This document shows positions 13,820 through 47,339 of a DNA stretch of 64,000 bases, piece after piece. The notes under the pieces are model-generated. The model ran no database searches, was not told the DNA's origin, and saw nothing but the letters and a program-made list of their open reading frames with translations. This DNA is from Flaccisagitta enflata (Eukaryota). The stretch's first letter is position 1, and every line of letters starts with the position of its first letter. The translations under genes were made by a program, and so were the position numbers. The DNA is taken from NCBI GenBank assembly GCA_965153355.1, contig OZ231126.1, positions 13,950,001-14,014,000 of the forward strand. The letters run 5' to 3'.

Positions 13820-14735
13820 GGGCAGCGGCCCCGAAGGGGATGAAGTCCTGTAGAACACAGGGGGACTTTCGTTCGTCCGTTCGTCCGTTCGTCCGTTCGT
13901 TCGTCCGTTTGTCCCCCCTCATCAAGCCCCTCAGGCCTCAGCTCTGGCCTCTGAGACCTCAAATCTGGCCTCTCAGGCCTAAAATCTGGCCTCTTAAGGC
14001 CTCAAATCCAGCCTCTCTAGCCTCAAATCCGGTGTCTCGGGCCTCTCAGGCCAAAATTTTAGCCTCTCAGACCTCAAATCCAGCCTCACAGGCCTCAAAT
14101 CTGGCCTCTCAGGCCTCAAATCCAGTCTTTCAGGCCTCAAATCCAGCCTCTCAGGCCTCAAATCCAGCCTCTCAGGCCTTAAATCCAGCCTCTCAGGCCT
14201 CAAATATGTCCATTCAGGCCTCAAATCCAGCCTCTTAGGCCTCAAATCCAGCCTCTCAGGCCTCAAATCCAACCTTTCAGACACCAAACCTGGCCTCTCA
14301 GGCCTCAAATTAGGCTTCTCAGGCCTCAAATCTAGATTATCAGGCCTCAAACCTGGCCTCTCAAGCCTCAAATTAGGACTCTCAGGCTTCAAATCAGCTA
14401 TCTAAGCCTCAACTTATTGCTCTCAGGCTTCAACTCAGTCCTCTGACCTTTCAAGCCTTAATCCAGCACTCTCAAGCCTCAAGTCAGCCCTCTCAAGCTT
14501 CAGATTGGCATTTTCAGGCCTTACATCAGCCTTCTTGGACCTCAGTTTAGGCTCTTGAAGGCCTGTATAGCATCTCATCCACTTTTTCACGCAGGACAAA
14601 CGAAAGCCCCACTGTGTTCTTCAGGACTTCGTGCCCTTCGGGGCCGCTGCCCTGCTTCCCTTCACTCCAATTCACAATCACTCAAAGCAGGGCAACGGGT
14701 ATCGCTGACCACATATTGCCCTTGGGCGACCTGTT
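13820..14735 (+). mobile_element. HINE family C with 21-bp tandem core (GGCCTCAAATCCAGCCTCTCA)
   Basis: GGGCAGCGGCCCCGAAGGG ... CCCTTCGGGGCCGCTGCCC then tail ..CGCTGACCACATATTGCCCTTGGGCGACCTGTT; (GTCC/GTTC)n. Confidence 0.75.
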
Positions 14736-17700
14736 AGCAATTGGGATTGGGGCCTTAGGGCTGGCATTTTAGGTGGGAATTTGGGCCTTCAGGCTGGGAT
14801 TTGGGCCCTGCATATATGATTTGGATCTTGAGGTTAGGTTTTGGGCCTCGAGGTTTCAATTTGGGATTCAAACTGGGATTTAGGCCTTGAGGCTGGGATT
14901 TGGGCCTCAAGGATGAGATTTTGGCCTCAAGAATGGGATTTGGGCCTCAAGGATAGGATTTGGACCTTGAGGCTGGGATTTGGGCCTCAAAGTAGGATTT
15001 GGGTTGGGGGGGACAAAGAAGAAGAAGGAGAAAATTCCCCATATGTATGAAAGCATAGGTCATCGACCCCTTCGGGGCCGCTGCCCAAAAGGGCTGAATT
15101 GAGGTATGATAAGGCTGAATCGAGATTTGAGAAGGCTGAATTGAGCACTAAGAAGGCTGACCAGAGGAGGGGGGATGAACAAATGGAAGGAACCAGGCGC
15201 TTAAGGGCAATGTGGTCAATGATACTTAATAGGTTGCGGTCCCAAAGGGGACAAACTGCTGTAAAACACAGTGGACTTTTGTTGGCCTTGAATCAACAAT
15301 CTGTGTCCTCATATCAGCGCAGTTGGGCTTCTAATCCGCCCTCTCAGCCCTCAAATTAGTCTTCTCAGGCACCAACTCAGGCCTCTGAGTCCCTCAGGTA
15401 CAAAATCAGCCCTGTCAGGCTTCAAATCAGTCCCCTCAGGCTAAAATTCAGTCCCCTCAGGCTTCGAACCAGCCTTCTCAAGCATCAAATCTGCCTGCTC
15501 AGCTTGCAATCATCCCTCTCAGCCTTCAAATTGGCCAAGTTGACTTTCTCAGATCTAAAATTATCGTCAAAGAGGCTTGCAGGCCATCAAACAACCCTGA
15601 TCAGCTCTCTTGAGTACCTCATCTGGGTGAGCAAAAGTCCCTCTGTGTTAACATCCTTCAAAAATGATGAAAAATGAGAAGTTGTAGAGTTTTTCTCTGG
15701 TTTGGCGGGTCTTAGAGCAATTTAAGGGTGGGAAATCCAATGGTGAGGTCAAAAATGGTCTAAAATGAATATTTCAGATTGATACCCAGGACCTCTGTGT
15801 CCCAATTTAAGCCTCTGCCCTGCTCCCTCTCACTCAAGAGTAATATGTGGTCAGCGATACCCATTGCTCGGCTTTACATGATTGTGAGTTGGAGTGAGAG
15901 GAAGCAGGGAAGCTGCCCCAAAGGGGATTAAGTCCAGTAGAACACAAGGGAACTTCCATGCGTCCATCTGTCAGTCCATTTGTCATTATCTTCACTCTGA
16001 GGCTTGAGATGGGTGCTTTGAGACCTGAGATGAATAATTAATGATTGTAAGTCTGCCAGGGCAAATTGAAAGCCTGAGAGGGCTGATCTTAGGCCAGGAA
16101 CAGATTAGAGGCCTGAGATAGCAGATCTGAGTTCTGGAGGTTGATGTGAGGCCTGAGAAATCAGATTTGAGGCCTGAGAGGGCAGATTTCAGGCCTAAGA
16201 GGGCAGATTTGAAACCTGTGAGGACAGATTTTAGGCCTGAGTTGGCAGATTTGAAGCCTGTGAGGGAAGATACTATGCCTAAGAGGGCAAATTATGGGTC
16301 TGAGAGGGCAGATTTCAGGCTTGAGAGGGCAGAATTCAGGCCTTGGAGGGCTTATTCCAGGCCTAGAAGGCTAGATTCTTGATGGGGGTGACCAAAATAC
16401 AGACAAATGGATGGAAAGACGGATGGACCAACTAAAGTCCACTGTGTTCTACAGGAATGTGTCCCCTTAGGGACCGCTGCCTATAAAGTATCACTGACCA
16501 CATTGTTCTTAAGCGCCTGCTTCCTTCTATTTGTTCATCCCCCCTCCTCTGGTCAGCCTTGTTAGTCCTCAATTCAGCCTTTCATACCTCAATTCTGCCC
16601 TTCCAAGCTTCAAATCAGCACTGTCAAGCCTCTTGTCGACCCTCTCTATTATCAAATCAGCCCTTTCCAAAGACTTATAGACTAACTGACAGACCAATAG
16701 ATGAACTGACATACATATAATGACTTTTAAACTGATGTAAGGAGCGAAGAAGGCATCTAAAGTCAAAAGAAGACTATGAAAAAGGTGGTGGGAAAAATTG
16801 CTTCAAATCACCATGATATTGCTCATGTTTGACAAGTCAAAACTCAGCCATTTCTTAACGGATACACAAAAAATTTGTGACAGTTTGAAAGAGCTTCAAA
16901 AATTCTTTAAAATGGGACCAATCGGGCAATTCTAGCTTGATTCGATCAAAAGTTACAAGCAAAACAAGTAAATTGTTCCAAAAATGAGAAAAATTCCACA
17001 ACCTGGAAAATTGTCCACAATCCCCATGAAATTGCTTATGTTTGACAAGTTATATCTCAGTTGTTTTTAAACTGATTTACAAAAAATTGGTGACGGTTGG
17101 AAAGATCTTGAAGAGATCTTTAAAATGAGACCAATCTGGCATTTCTAGCTCGATTCGTTTAAAAGTTATAAGCAAAACTAGGTTGATTGTCCAAAAAATG
17201 AGAAATTCAATGACCTGTACTTCATGAAAGTAAAAAATGTGAATATTTCAAAAAGCGCTCTGGGAAATTTTTTGCACTCATTTGCCATGGATTACACATG
17301 GATTGGACCACCAGAAACCGTCTTAAAAGTGGCAGTACTCCTAGTTTAAAGTACAAGGTGCAAATACAGAGTAGTGAGGGGGGGCGATATTTGGATTATA
17401 GACCAATCAAAAGATGCTTAATTCCCCATGATAGCTGGTTTCCATGGAAACACATTTCCATGTATTCTCGCTAAAATATCAATATTTTGAGAGATTTTTT
17501 TAAGGAACATTGCTTAAAATCAAATTTGCTACAACTTTCCCACAGTATGTTCTGTAAGAATATCTCTCGTTTGGCCGTTGCTAGGGAGCGTATTTATGTG
17601 TGACAACCCTTAGCAACCGCTAAACGAGTGACGTTATTACAGAACATACCGTGGGAAAGTTGTAACAAATTTGATTTTAAAAAATGTTCCCTAAAAAAAA

Positions 17701-17880
17701 TTCTCAAAATATTGATACTTTAGCGTGAATACATGGAAATGTGTTTCCATGGCAACCAGCTATCATGGGCATTAAAGCATCCTTTTAAAAGTCTATGTTT
17801 CAAATATCACTCCCTTGGCTTCATTTGTTTTTCTACAATGCTTGCCCCCGTTATCTCAAGTCTAGACGAGAACTACTGTA

Positions 17881-18505
17881 CTACCTAGGAAAAAAGTCTA
17901 CGTTCACCTTTAAGTAGTAATAACTATACTTTTAGTTAAGATAAATAAGAAAAATTGGTGGGATTCAGAAACTACTTCAAAATATCTATCATTTGGGACC
18001 ATTCCCATTATTGTGGCTTTAGCCGTTTAGAAATGAGAGCAATTTTAAGCAATTTTAAGATGACATACCTTTTTGGGAAAATCTAGAAAAATGAGAATCG
18101 AATCAGTTTTGGTGAGCACTTTCATCAAGACAGAATTGGGTTATTGTCTTGGTACATTTTAGTTCTCATAATGGATATTTTTCATTAACTGGCATAAGAT
18201 TTTCCCGATAAGTCTCAATGTCGATTGTTGATAACCTTTGTCAAAATTAAGCATGTGGAATGAGAAGAATGTGCGATATTGATCAACTGAGTAGATGATA
18301 AAAAACTGCGGGAAAGTTCGTGTGACACAGCTTGTTAAAATTCATGTTAAGGCTCAGCAAATTGATGCAATGCCAAATGGAAGCAGCCATGACCTAAGCA
18401 GGACACTAAATGATGTTGTCAAGAAAAGAAGCATCTAACATTGTTGATATTTTTGGCATATATGCTCTGTTCCCTCATGTGAACGTAGACTTTTCTCCTA
18501 GGTAG
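17881..18505. mobile_element. TA-flanked MITE with CTACCTAGGA TIRs
   Basis: CTACCTAGGAAAAAAGTCTACGTTCAC / GTGAACGTAGACTTTTCTCCTAGGTAG; TA on both sides. Confidence 0.85.
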
Positions 18506-18803
18506 TAAGCTGCGATTGGCGCACCGGTACTAGGAACTAGATAAATGGCGTGACGGCCCTGCATGGACAGATGAGTGGCGTAAGCTGCGTTTGCCGCACC
18601 GGTACTAGGAACTAGATAAATGGCGTAACCGCCCAACTGACACGGACGAATGGCGTGTGTTTAGTTTTCAGAATAAAAGCAAGTCGTGTTCAGCTCTTCG
18701 TGTGTAAAGTCGCGTTAAGTTTATATTCCCATTCATGAAATTCAATTCATATCAATAAAAAATCAAAACACATGCAAATATGAATGTTTGATTACCATAT
18801 TAC

Positions 18804-18951
18804 TCGGGAAATACTGATCCTTGAAAATCACAAGATGGTAAGCTGTCATCACAAAGACGCGCCATCGCACGTACAGCTTTCTATTCAATTCAAATATCAA
18901 TTGGCTCCTGGCAAGTAACTTGGCTCCCTCCTTCCTTATGTATTCGTCAGT
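18804..18951 (-). CDS. Candidate internal exon of an unknown gene
   Basis: Acceptor tattttcag|, donors GTAATA (18803) or GTAATC (18795); peptide TDEYIRKEGAKLLARSQLIFELNRKLYVRWRVFVMTAYHLVIFKDQYFP. Confidence 0.35.
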
Positions 18952-19172
18952 CTGAAAATACGCAATTCGATGACAGCGCATTAAGATCAAATCATGCACA
19001 CAAATGGATAAATGACATTCTATCCTCAAGATGATATGAAGATCATTTTGCAACACTTAGAAATTCATTTAGAAGAAATATGACAAACAAATTCACGATC
19101 ACATTCAAACATTTTTACATATTTTGGCGTACCGTCGGTTATGAGGTCATCTTGACGCGCATTGGCTTTGGA

Positions 19173-32515
<13,343 letters not shown>

Positions 32516-32564
32516 CTGACTACAGTGAAATAAGATACAGATGCGTCGTCGCATGTGTTTGTGT

Positions 32565-32748
<184 letters not shown>

Positions 32749-33151
32749 ATGACGCTTTTTCGACATCGGGGACTTTTTGGCCGAAACCTCTTGTTTGTTT
32801 TTTGCCTTTACCAGGGGTTGTACCTCGGTTTTGCTTAGGATAAGATTCAAATTGTCCTCATCTTCTTTTTGCTGGTGTTTCAATTCGGTAACTTTTCTAA
32901 CTATGATCCTTCCACTCTGGGCATCGGTCTCTCTCGAGCTCTCGTCTTGCTACCTAATTTCCAACCAGGAGGAAACTACCTTGAGCTGATCAACAGACAG
33001 TGCTGGACTGCTGGTTTTCAAGAACACCGCATGTAATATGCATGCCGCGTCAAAGGTTTATCTACGTTCCCATTGGAATCCAAGAACGTTTTTTATGATT
33101 TTCTTAACATTCATGATGAAAGAAAGTTGTTCTTTTGTCTTTTTAGAAGGA

Positions 33152-33194
<43 letters not shown>

Positions 33195-33784
33195 CGTTAA
33201 GACTCAAAGTTCGTTCGAGAGAAAGATTGAAATCTCGAAAAATAAGAGAAACAAAAGAACGTCTCTTTCTAAATCATGCCTTAAATTTGTAAAAGTTGTT
33301 CTTTTGTCCAATAAAGTTTTGTTTATCGTCGCCAGTTTCGGAGGCGTGCAAAACATGATTTTTTTTGTGACATAAGGGCAAGAACAAAAACAATAGAGTT
33401 GTCGGCTGTCCTTCATGGCGGTTCCTGGATATTCTGGCGTGGCACTTGTCGACCTTGGAACTATTTTCGTCGCTTTTCTTCTATTTTTGGCTTTAATCTC
33501 AGCCCTCGAGCTGCAGGCAGTAATTCCGTATGTTTTCATTTAGATTTTATTGCGAGCTTTTTTTCTTGATGAAGTTTGATATAAGAATAAGACCGGCTGA
33601 AGTGTTACGTAACGTGTCATACTTTCAGTGCGTGATCAATGCTTGGCTCTGAAAACGATTGCTGTTCATTTTTTTTTTCAAGCGAGTTCGGTCATCGTCT
33701 AAAGCCTATTGTTGATGATGAAATGACCGACCAGACTACAACCATGTTATTTGGGCGCGGTTTATTTTCTTTTTCTTAAATAAT

Positions 33785-34346
33785 TGTTTTTTCTTTGTTT
33801 CTTTTTTTCTTTTTTCAGTATTGCTTCTTTTTATTGTGTGTTTTTTTTTTTTGCCGAATATTTGTTTGTGAATTTTGTTTTTAGCTTGTTTTGTTTGTTT
33901 TGTCTGTTTTTTGTTTTGTTTGTTTTGTTTGTTTTATTTGTTTTTTTTTGTTTTGTTTCGTTTTTGTTTTGTTTTTTTTTATACTGGTTTTGTTGGTTTT
34001 GTTGGTTTTGTTGGTTTGTTGGTTTTGTTTTATTTTGTTTTGTTTGTTTGTTTCATTCCGTTGTTTTTTTTCTTTTTTTGTTTTGTTTGTTTTGTTTTGT
34101 TTTGGTTGCTTTGTTTGTTTCGTTTGTTTTGTATGTTTCAGTTGGTGTTTTTTTTTTTGTTTTTTTTGCTGTTTTTGTGCTGGTTTCCTTTGATTTGTTT
34201 TAGATTTTTCAATTTCCTTGTTTTTTTGTTTTTTTTTTTTTTTTGTTTTTTGTTTTGTTTTTTTTTTTACTGATTTTCACTTTTTTGTTGCTTTTTTGGT
34301 TTTTAAAGATTCTCATTAACTGTTTTTGTTTTTTGTTTTTTTTTTT
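33785..34346. repeat. T/G-rich low-complexity tract upstream of the HIT gene
   Basis: Direct inspection. Confidence 0.9.
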
Positions 34347-34377
34347 CACTTTTGAATATCTTTATCTAGTAGATAAG

Positions 34378-35583
34378 ATGGAAGACGATCAGCAAAAAGA
34401 AAATTATCGCGTCTATAAAAATGATTTCGGCGATTTGCATCTCGACACTCAACCCTTCATTAGAGGAAGCCTCGTTCTGGATTACAAAAGTTTCATAGAT
34501 GGCGCTGCTTCCTCTTCCGCGGCCTCCTCTTCTTCTTCCTCCCTTTTCGACGTCGACGAGGATCGCTTCTCGTCCTTCATGCGGCACTTGAAGCGGATCT
34601 GTCGCAACCTGTCGTCGATTTTAGACGTTCCTCGTTGCGCCGTCATCTTGGAGGAGTTGAGACCGGAAGTGAGGATTATTCCTCTGGTCGGATATTCTCG
34701 TCAGTGGACGGAGACGTGGACGGAAGCGGAAGTCTTCAAGAAAGTCTTCGACGGCGAATTGACTTCCCACGAGGGACCACGGATGGCCGACGAGGCGTTG
34801 CAGCGAATGAAAAACAAAATCGCATGTTCGAATTCGTCCTCCTTCGATGCTGCGGAAATTGGAAGGAAAGTTTCTTCAGAAGCGAACCGAAATGCTGAAG
34901 AAGTGGTTACTCATGATGCAAAGAATGTTGCAAATAAGGATGCTCAAAAGGTTGCTGCGGAAGTGACCAAAGGTGGAACGGATTTATTTTCAAGAATCGT
35001 TCGCTCCGAAGTCCCTCATTGGCGTTTGTGGGAAACCCAAACTCATCTGGCGTTTTTAACGCCTTTTCCCAACACTTCTGGATTCAGCGTCCTCATCCCC
35101 AAAGTCAGACAACCAAGCGATGTCTTCGCTATCGACGGCGTTGACGACGACAGGATTATCGATGAAGGCGTCGACGATGATGAAGTCGACGACAAGGTTG
35201 ATGAAGGCGTCGACGATCGTTTCCGCAGTCTCTTCCTTAACGTCAAAGCCTTCGTCAAGGTCCTGAAGACGGCGTTGGGGATTCGTCACGTGGCGTTGAT
35301 ATGCGAAGGCACCGGAGTTGATTACGCTCACGTCAAAATCATCCCAATTTGGTTGTCGACGGCGACGTCGGCGGATGCAAACGTGAAGGGGGTGGTCGAG
35401 AAAGAGGATGTCTCGCGGGAAGTGGACGAGAGGTTGGAGGCGATGGAAGAGCGGCGAAGAGTTGTGATGAAATCTCGACGGCCGTTTGATCGATATCCTG
35501 GATTTGTTTCTAACGTTGGAGGCGAATGGAATTCAGAAGATGAGAAAAAAGATTTGCTCGAGAGAATAAAGCGAAATTGGTGA
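34378..35583 (+). CDS. Tandem double HIT-like domain protein (401 aa, intronless)
   Basis: Second domain DLFSRIVRSEVPHWRLWETQTHLAFLTPFPNTSGFSVLIPK...EGTGVDYAHVKIIP...YPGFVS; degenerate first copy ..QPFIRGSLVL..RCAVILE..VRIIPLVG..FDGELTSHEGPRMADEAL. Confidence 0.85.
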   Translation: MEDDQQKENYRVYKNDFGDLHLDTQPFIRGSLVLDYKSFIDGAASSSAASSSSSSLFDVDEDRFSSFMRHLKRICRNLSSILDVPRCAVILEELRPEVRIIPLVGYSRQWTETWTEAEVFKKVFDGELTSHEGPRMADEALQRMKNKIACSNSSSFDAAEIGRKVSSEANRNAEEVVTHDAKNVANKDAQKVAAEVTKGGTDLFSRIVRSEVPHWRLWETQTHLAFLTPFPNTSGFSVLIPKVRQPSDVFAIDGVDDDRIIDEGVDDDEVDDKVDEGVDDRFRSLFLNVKAFVKVLKTALGIRHVALICEGTGVDYAHVKIIPIWLSTATSADANVKGVVEKEDVSREVDERLEAMEERRRVVMKSRRPFDRYPGFVSNVGGEWNSEDEKKDLLERIKRNW

Positions 35584-36044
35584 CATGGATGTACACTTTA
35601 CATTGTACAATAAGCCTGTCATTGAGCTTAGAAAGCCAAAAAAAAGAACAACCAATGCTTTGCCAATATGCCCTCAAATCAGCTGCAGATCATCTTTGAG
35701 ATCAATCAGGAGCCATATTTAAGGTCCAATTGAAGTTTACACAGGGTGATAAAAGGGAATTTTTACTTTCTAAGTTAACTTACCCTAAATATGGTTCCCT
35801 ATTGATTTCAAGGTTTTTCAATTACTTATTTGACGGTATTTTTGCAAATAAATCATTTATCAAAGTGCATTGGGTCATTTTAAGCTTTCCAAGCTTCTTG
35901 ACAGGCGAATTGTACAATGAATCGCGGTTTTACGATTAATAACTTTGCGAAATTTGAGAACTCAAATGGGAATTTATGATTCATCAAACATATGAAAATG
36001 ATACTGCTTGTAGACGCTTGCGCCTGACATATCTTTTTAGCGCT

Positions 36045-36243
36045 TTTTAGTCGCGTGCACGCGACTCTACAACCCGCTTTGTCCGTCGGTCGGTCGGTGG
36101 GTCGGTCGGTTGGTTGGTCACACTTGACTTTTTTTGACTTTATCTCTTTGACCTCACTGCTCCTGCCCAAATGGTTTGGTGAGCTCAAATATGGCCCCTA
36201 CCCACCCGCACGCGACTTCGGTAGCCCTGTATCCGGCCTTGTT
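36045..36243 (+). mobile_element. HINE family A
   Basis: Both termini and (GTCG)n present. Confidence 0.85.
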
Positions 36244-36751
36244 TCTCTTGGTGGTTAGTGCTCATTTATATTCTTTTTTTCTTTTTCTTCTTCCTGTTCT
36301 TCTTCTTTTACTTTTTCTTCTTCTTCTTCTTTTTCTTCTTCCTTTTTTTCTTCTTTTTCTTTCTTTGCTCTTCTTTTTTGTATTTCTTCTTCTTCTTCCT
36401 ATTTTTCCTCCTTGTTCATCTTTCTTTTGTTTCTTTCAATTTTTCTTCTTTGTTTCTTTTTTGTCCCTTTGTTTCTTGTCCTTGTCCTTTGCTTCTTTTT
36501 CTTGTCCTTTTGTTCCTTTTTCTTGTCTCCGTTTTTTTTCTTGTGCTTTTGTTTCTTACTGTTTCTCTTTTGTTTGTTTTTGTTGCTCTTTTTTTTTCTC
36601 TTCATTTATGGCCGGTATTTATTTTTCTTTCTTTTCTTTTTCCTCTGCTCCTATTGTTTTGAATATTTTCCTTTCTTCTTCTTTTTCTTGTTAATCTTTG
36701 TCATTTTCAACTTTTCGCAATCAATTATATATTTTCCTCCATCTTCTTCCT

Positions 36752-36941
36752 TTTTAGTCGCGTGCTACGCGACTCTACACCCCGCTATGTCGGTTTGTCG
36801 GTCGGTTGGTCCTTTTTTTTTTTTTTTTTTTTGCGTTTTTGACCTTTTTGAGCCCACTGCTCCTGCTCAAATGCTCCAGTGACCTCCGGCACTGCTTCTG
36901 CCCACCTGCACGCGACGGGTAGCCGTGTATCCGGCCTTGTT
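36752..36941 (+). mobile_element. HINE family A
   Basis: Both termini present. Confidence 0.82.
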
Positions 36942-37062
36942 TTCTTGATCCTCTTCTCCTACTCGCTCTTGCAGAACGAGTTCGACGGTTGACTCGTCTA
37001 TTGCGCAACACTGCTTCTGATTTCTACAGTCCACTAATATTTTCTTTCTCCTTGATTCAGAA

Positions 37063-46666
<9,604 letters not shown>

Positions 46667-46928
46667 TGGGAGACTGCTCACACTGGCTACGGTCGTAGGA
46701 ATTAGGGAAAGAGCTTTGAAACATCCTTATCACTAAACCGTATCGTTTTTTTTTTTTCATTAAATTTTGTTTTCATTCATACAGGTTTTAGCACGTTTTA
46801 TACAGCTTAGCAAATGCAGACTGAATGTGATGGTTTATTTCAATGAAAATGAAATCGGAACAGACATGTTGGAGACCGTGAATTCTCTTCACAAACAAGA
46901 TAAGATCATGACAACAGTTTTTTTTAGC

Positions 46929-47339
46929 CTAATAAGAACATGCGACCCACGCTCCCGCAATCTGATCAACCCAACGGTCATGAATGTGGATGTGTAGTTG
47001 AAAATTTACTTTTGTCACGTAATGTACGCTAAACGTCCAACCATAATAGTCTCCATAATCTGCCCCATTAGCCCACGCGTCTAGGTGACGCATGCTGAGA
47101 ACGACGGATGGGGTTCTTTCAAAAGCTCGTGGGAATGTTATCGTCGTTTTGTAGTCAGAAGCTTGAACTCCTGCTGCGTCATCTTTCTGTAATAAAGGAT
47201 TTGCAAAGGCCGGGTCGTGATCACAAAGTAACTTTAAACGTTGATTTCTCCACAACCGGTAGTCACAATCAATTATCGGGAACAAAGTCGAAGTCAGTCT
47301 TCGACTTTTTGACATATTCGAGAGAAACAGGGTTTTCAT
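46929..47339 (-). CDS. H-type lectin domain protein
   Basis: ITFPRAFERTPSVVLSMRHLDA...VTKVNFQLHI...AWVAC matches the H-lectin pattern (FxxxFxxxPxVxxxxxxLD..VT..F..W); start uncertain. Confidence 0.65.
   Translation of the reverse strand: MKTLFLSNMSKSRRLTSTLFPIIDCDYRLWRNQRLKLLCDHDPAFANPLLQKDDAAGVQASDYKTTITFPRAFERTPSVVLSMRHLDAWANGADYGDYYGWTFSVHYVTKVNFQLHIHIHDRWVDQIAGAWVACSY

Larger units (their letters stand above)
13073..15086 (-). mobile_element. HINE family B with two nested insertions
   Basis: ATAGTCGCAAAAGCGTTAGATG tail; inverted GGGCAGCGGCCCCGAAGGGGTCGATGACCTAT ends; 21-bp TTGGGCC repeats. Confidence 0.75.
12273..17376. mobile_element. CMC (Chapaev-like) foldback non-autonomous element
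   Basis: Termini CACTACTCTGTATTTGCACC / GGTGCAAATACAGAGTAGTG; 4-bp TSD AGGG (12269-12272, 17377-17380); inverted arms of at least 800 bp (12273-13070 vs ~16590-17376), continuing 15095-15290 vs 16435-16590. Confidence 0.8.
12207..17878. mobile_element. Palindromic TA-flanked MITE (pogo/Tigger-like ends), interrupted by a 5.1-kb insertion
   Basis: TA|CAGTAGATCTCGTCTAGACTTGAGATAA ... TTATCTCAAGTCTAGACGAGAACTACTG|TA; 17381-17811 is itself palindromic. Confidence 0.8.

Noticed and set aside
13840-14392. RPERLDL / ASNPASQ repeat ORFs (also 16146, 49933, 50057)
   Set aside because: Translations of 21-bp HINE minisatellites
32750-33539. Upstream DNAI1 coding exons
   Set aside because: Open frames exist (32750-32950, 33204-33539) but donors are weak and no consistent chain or homology could be established
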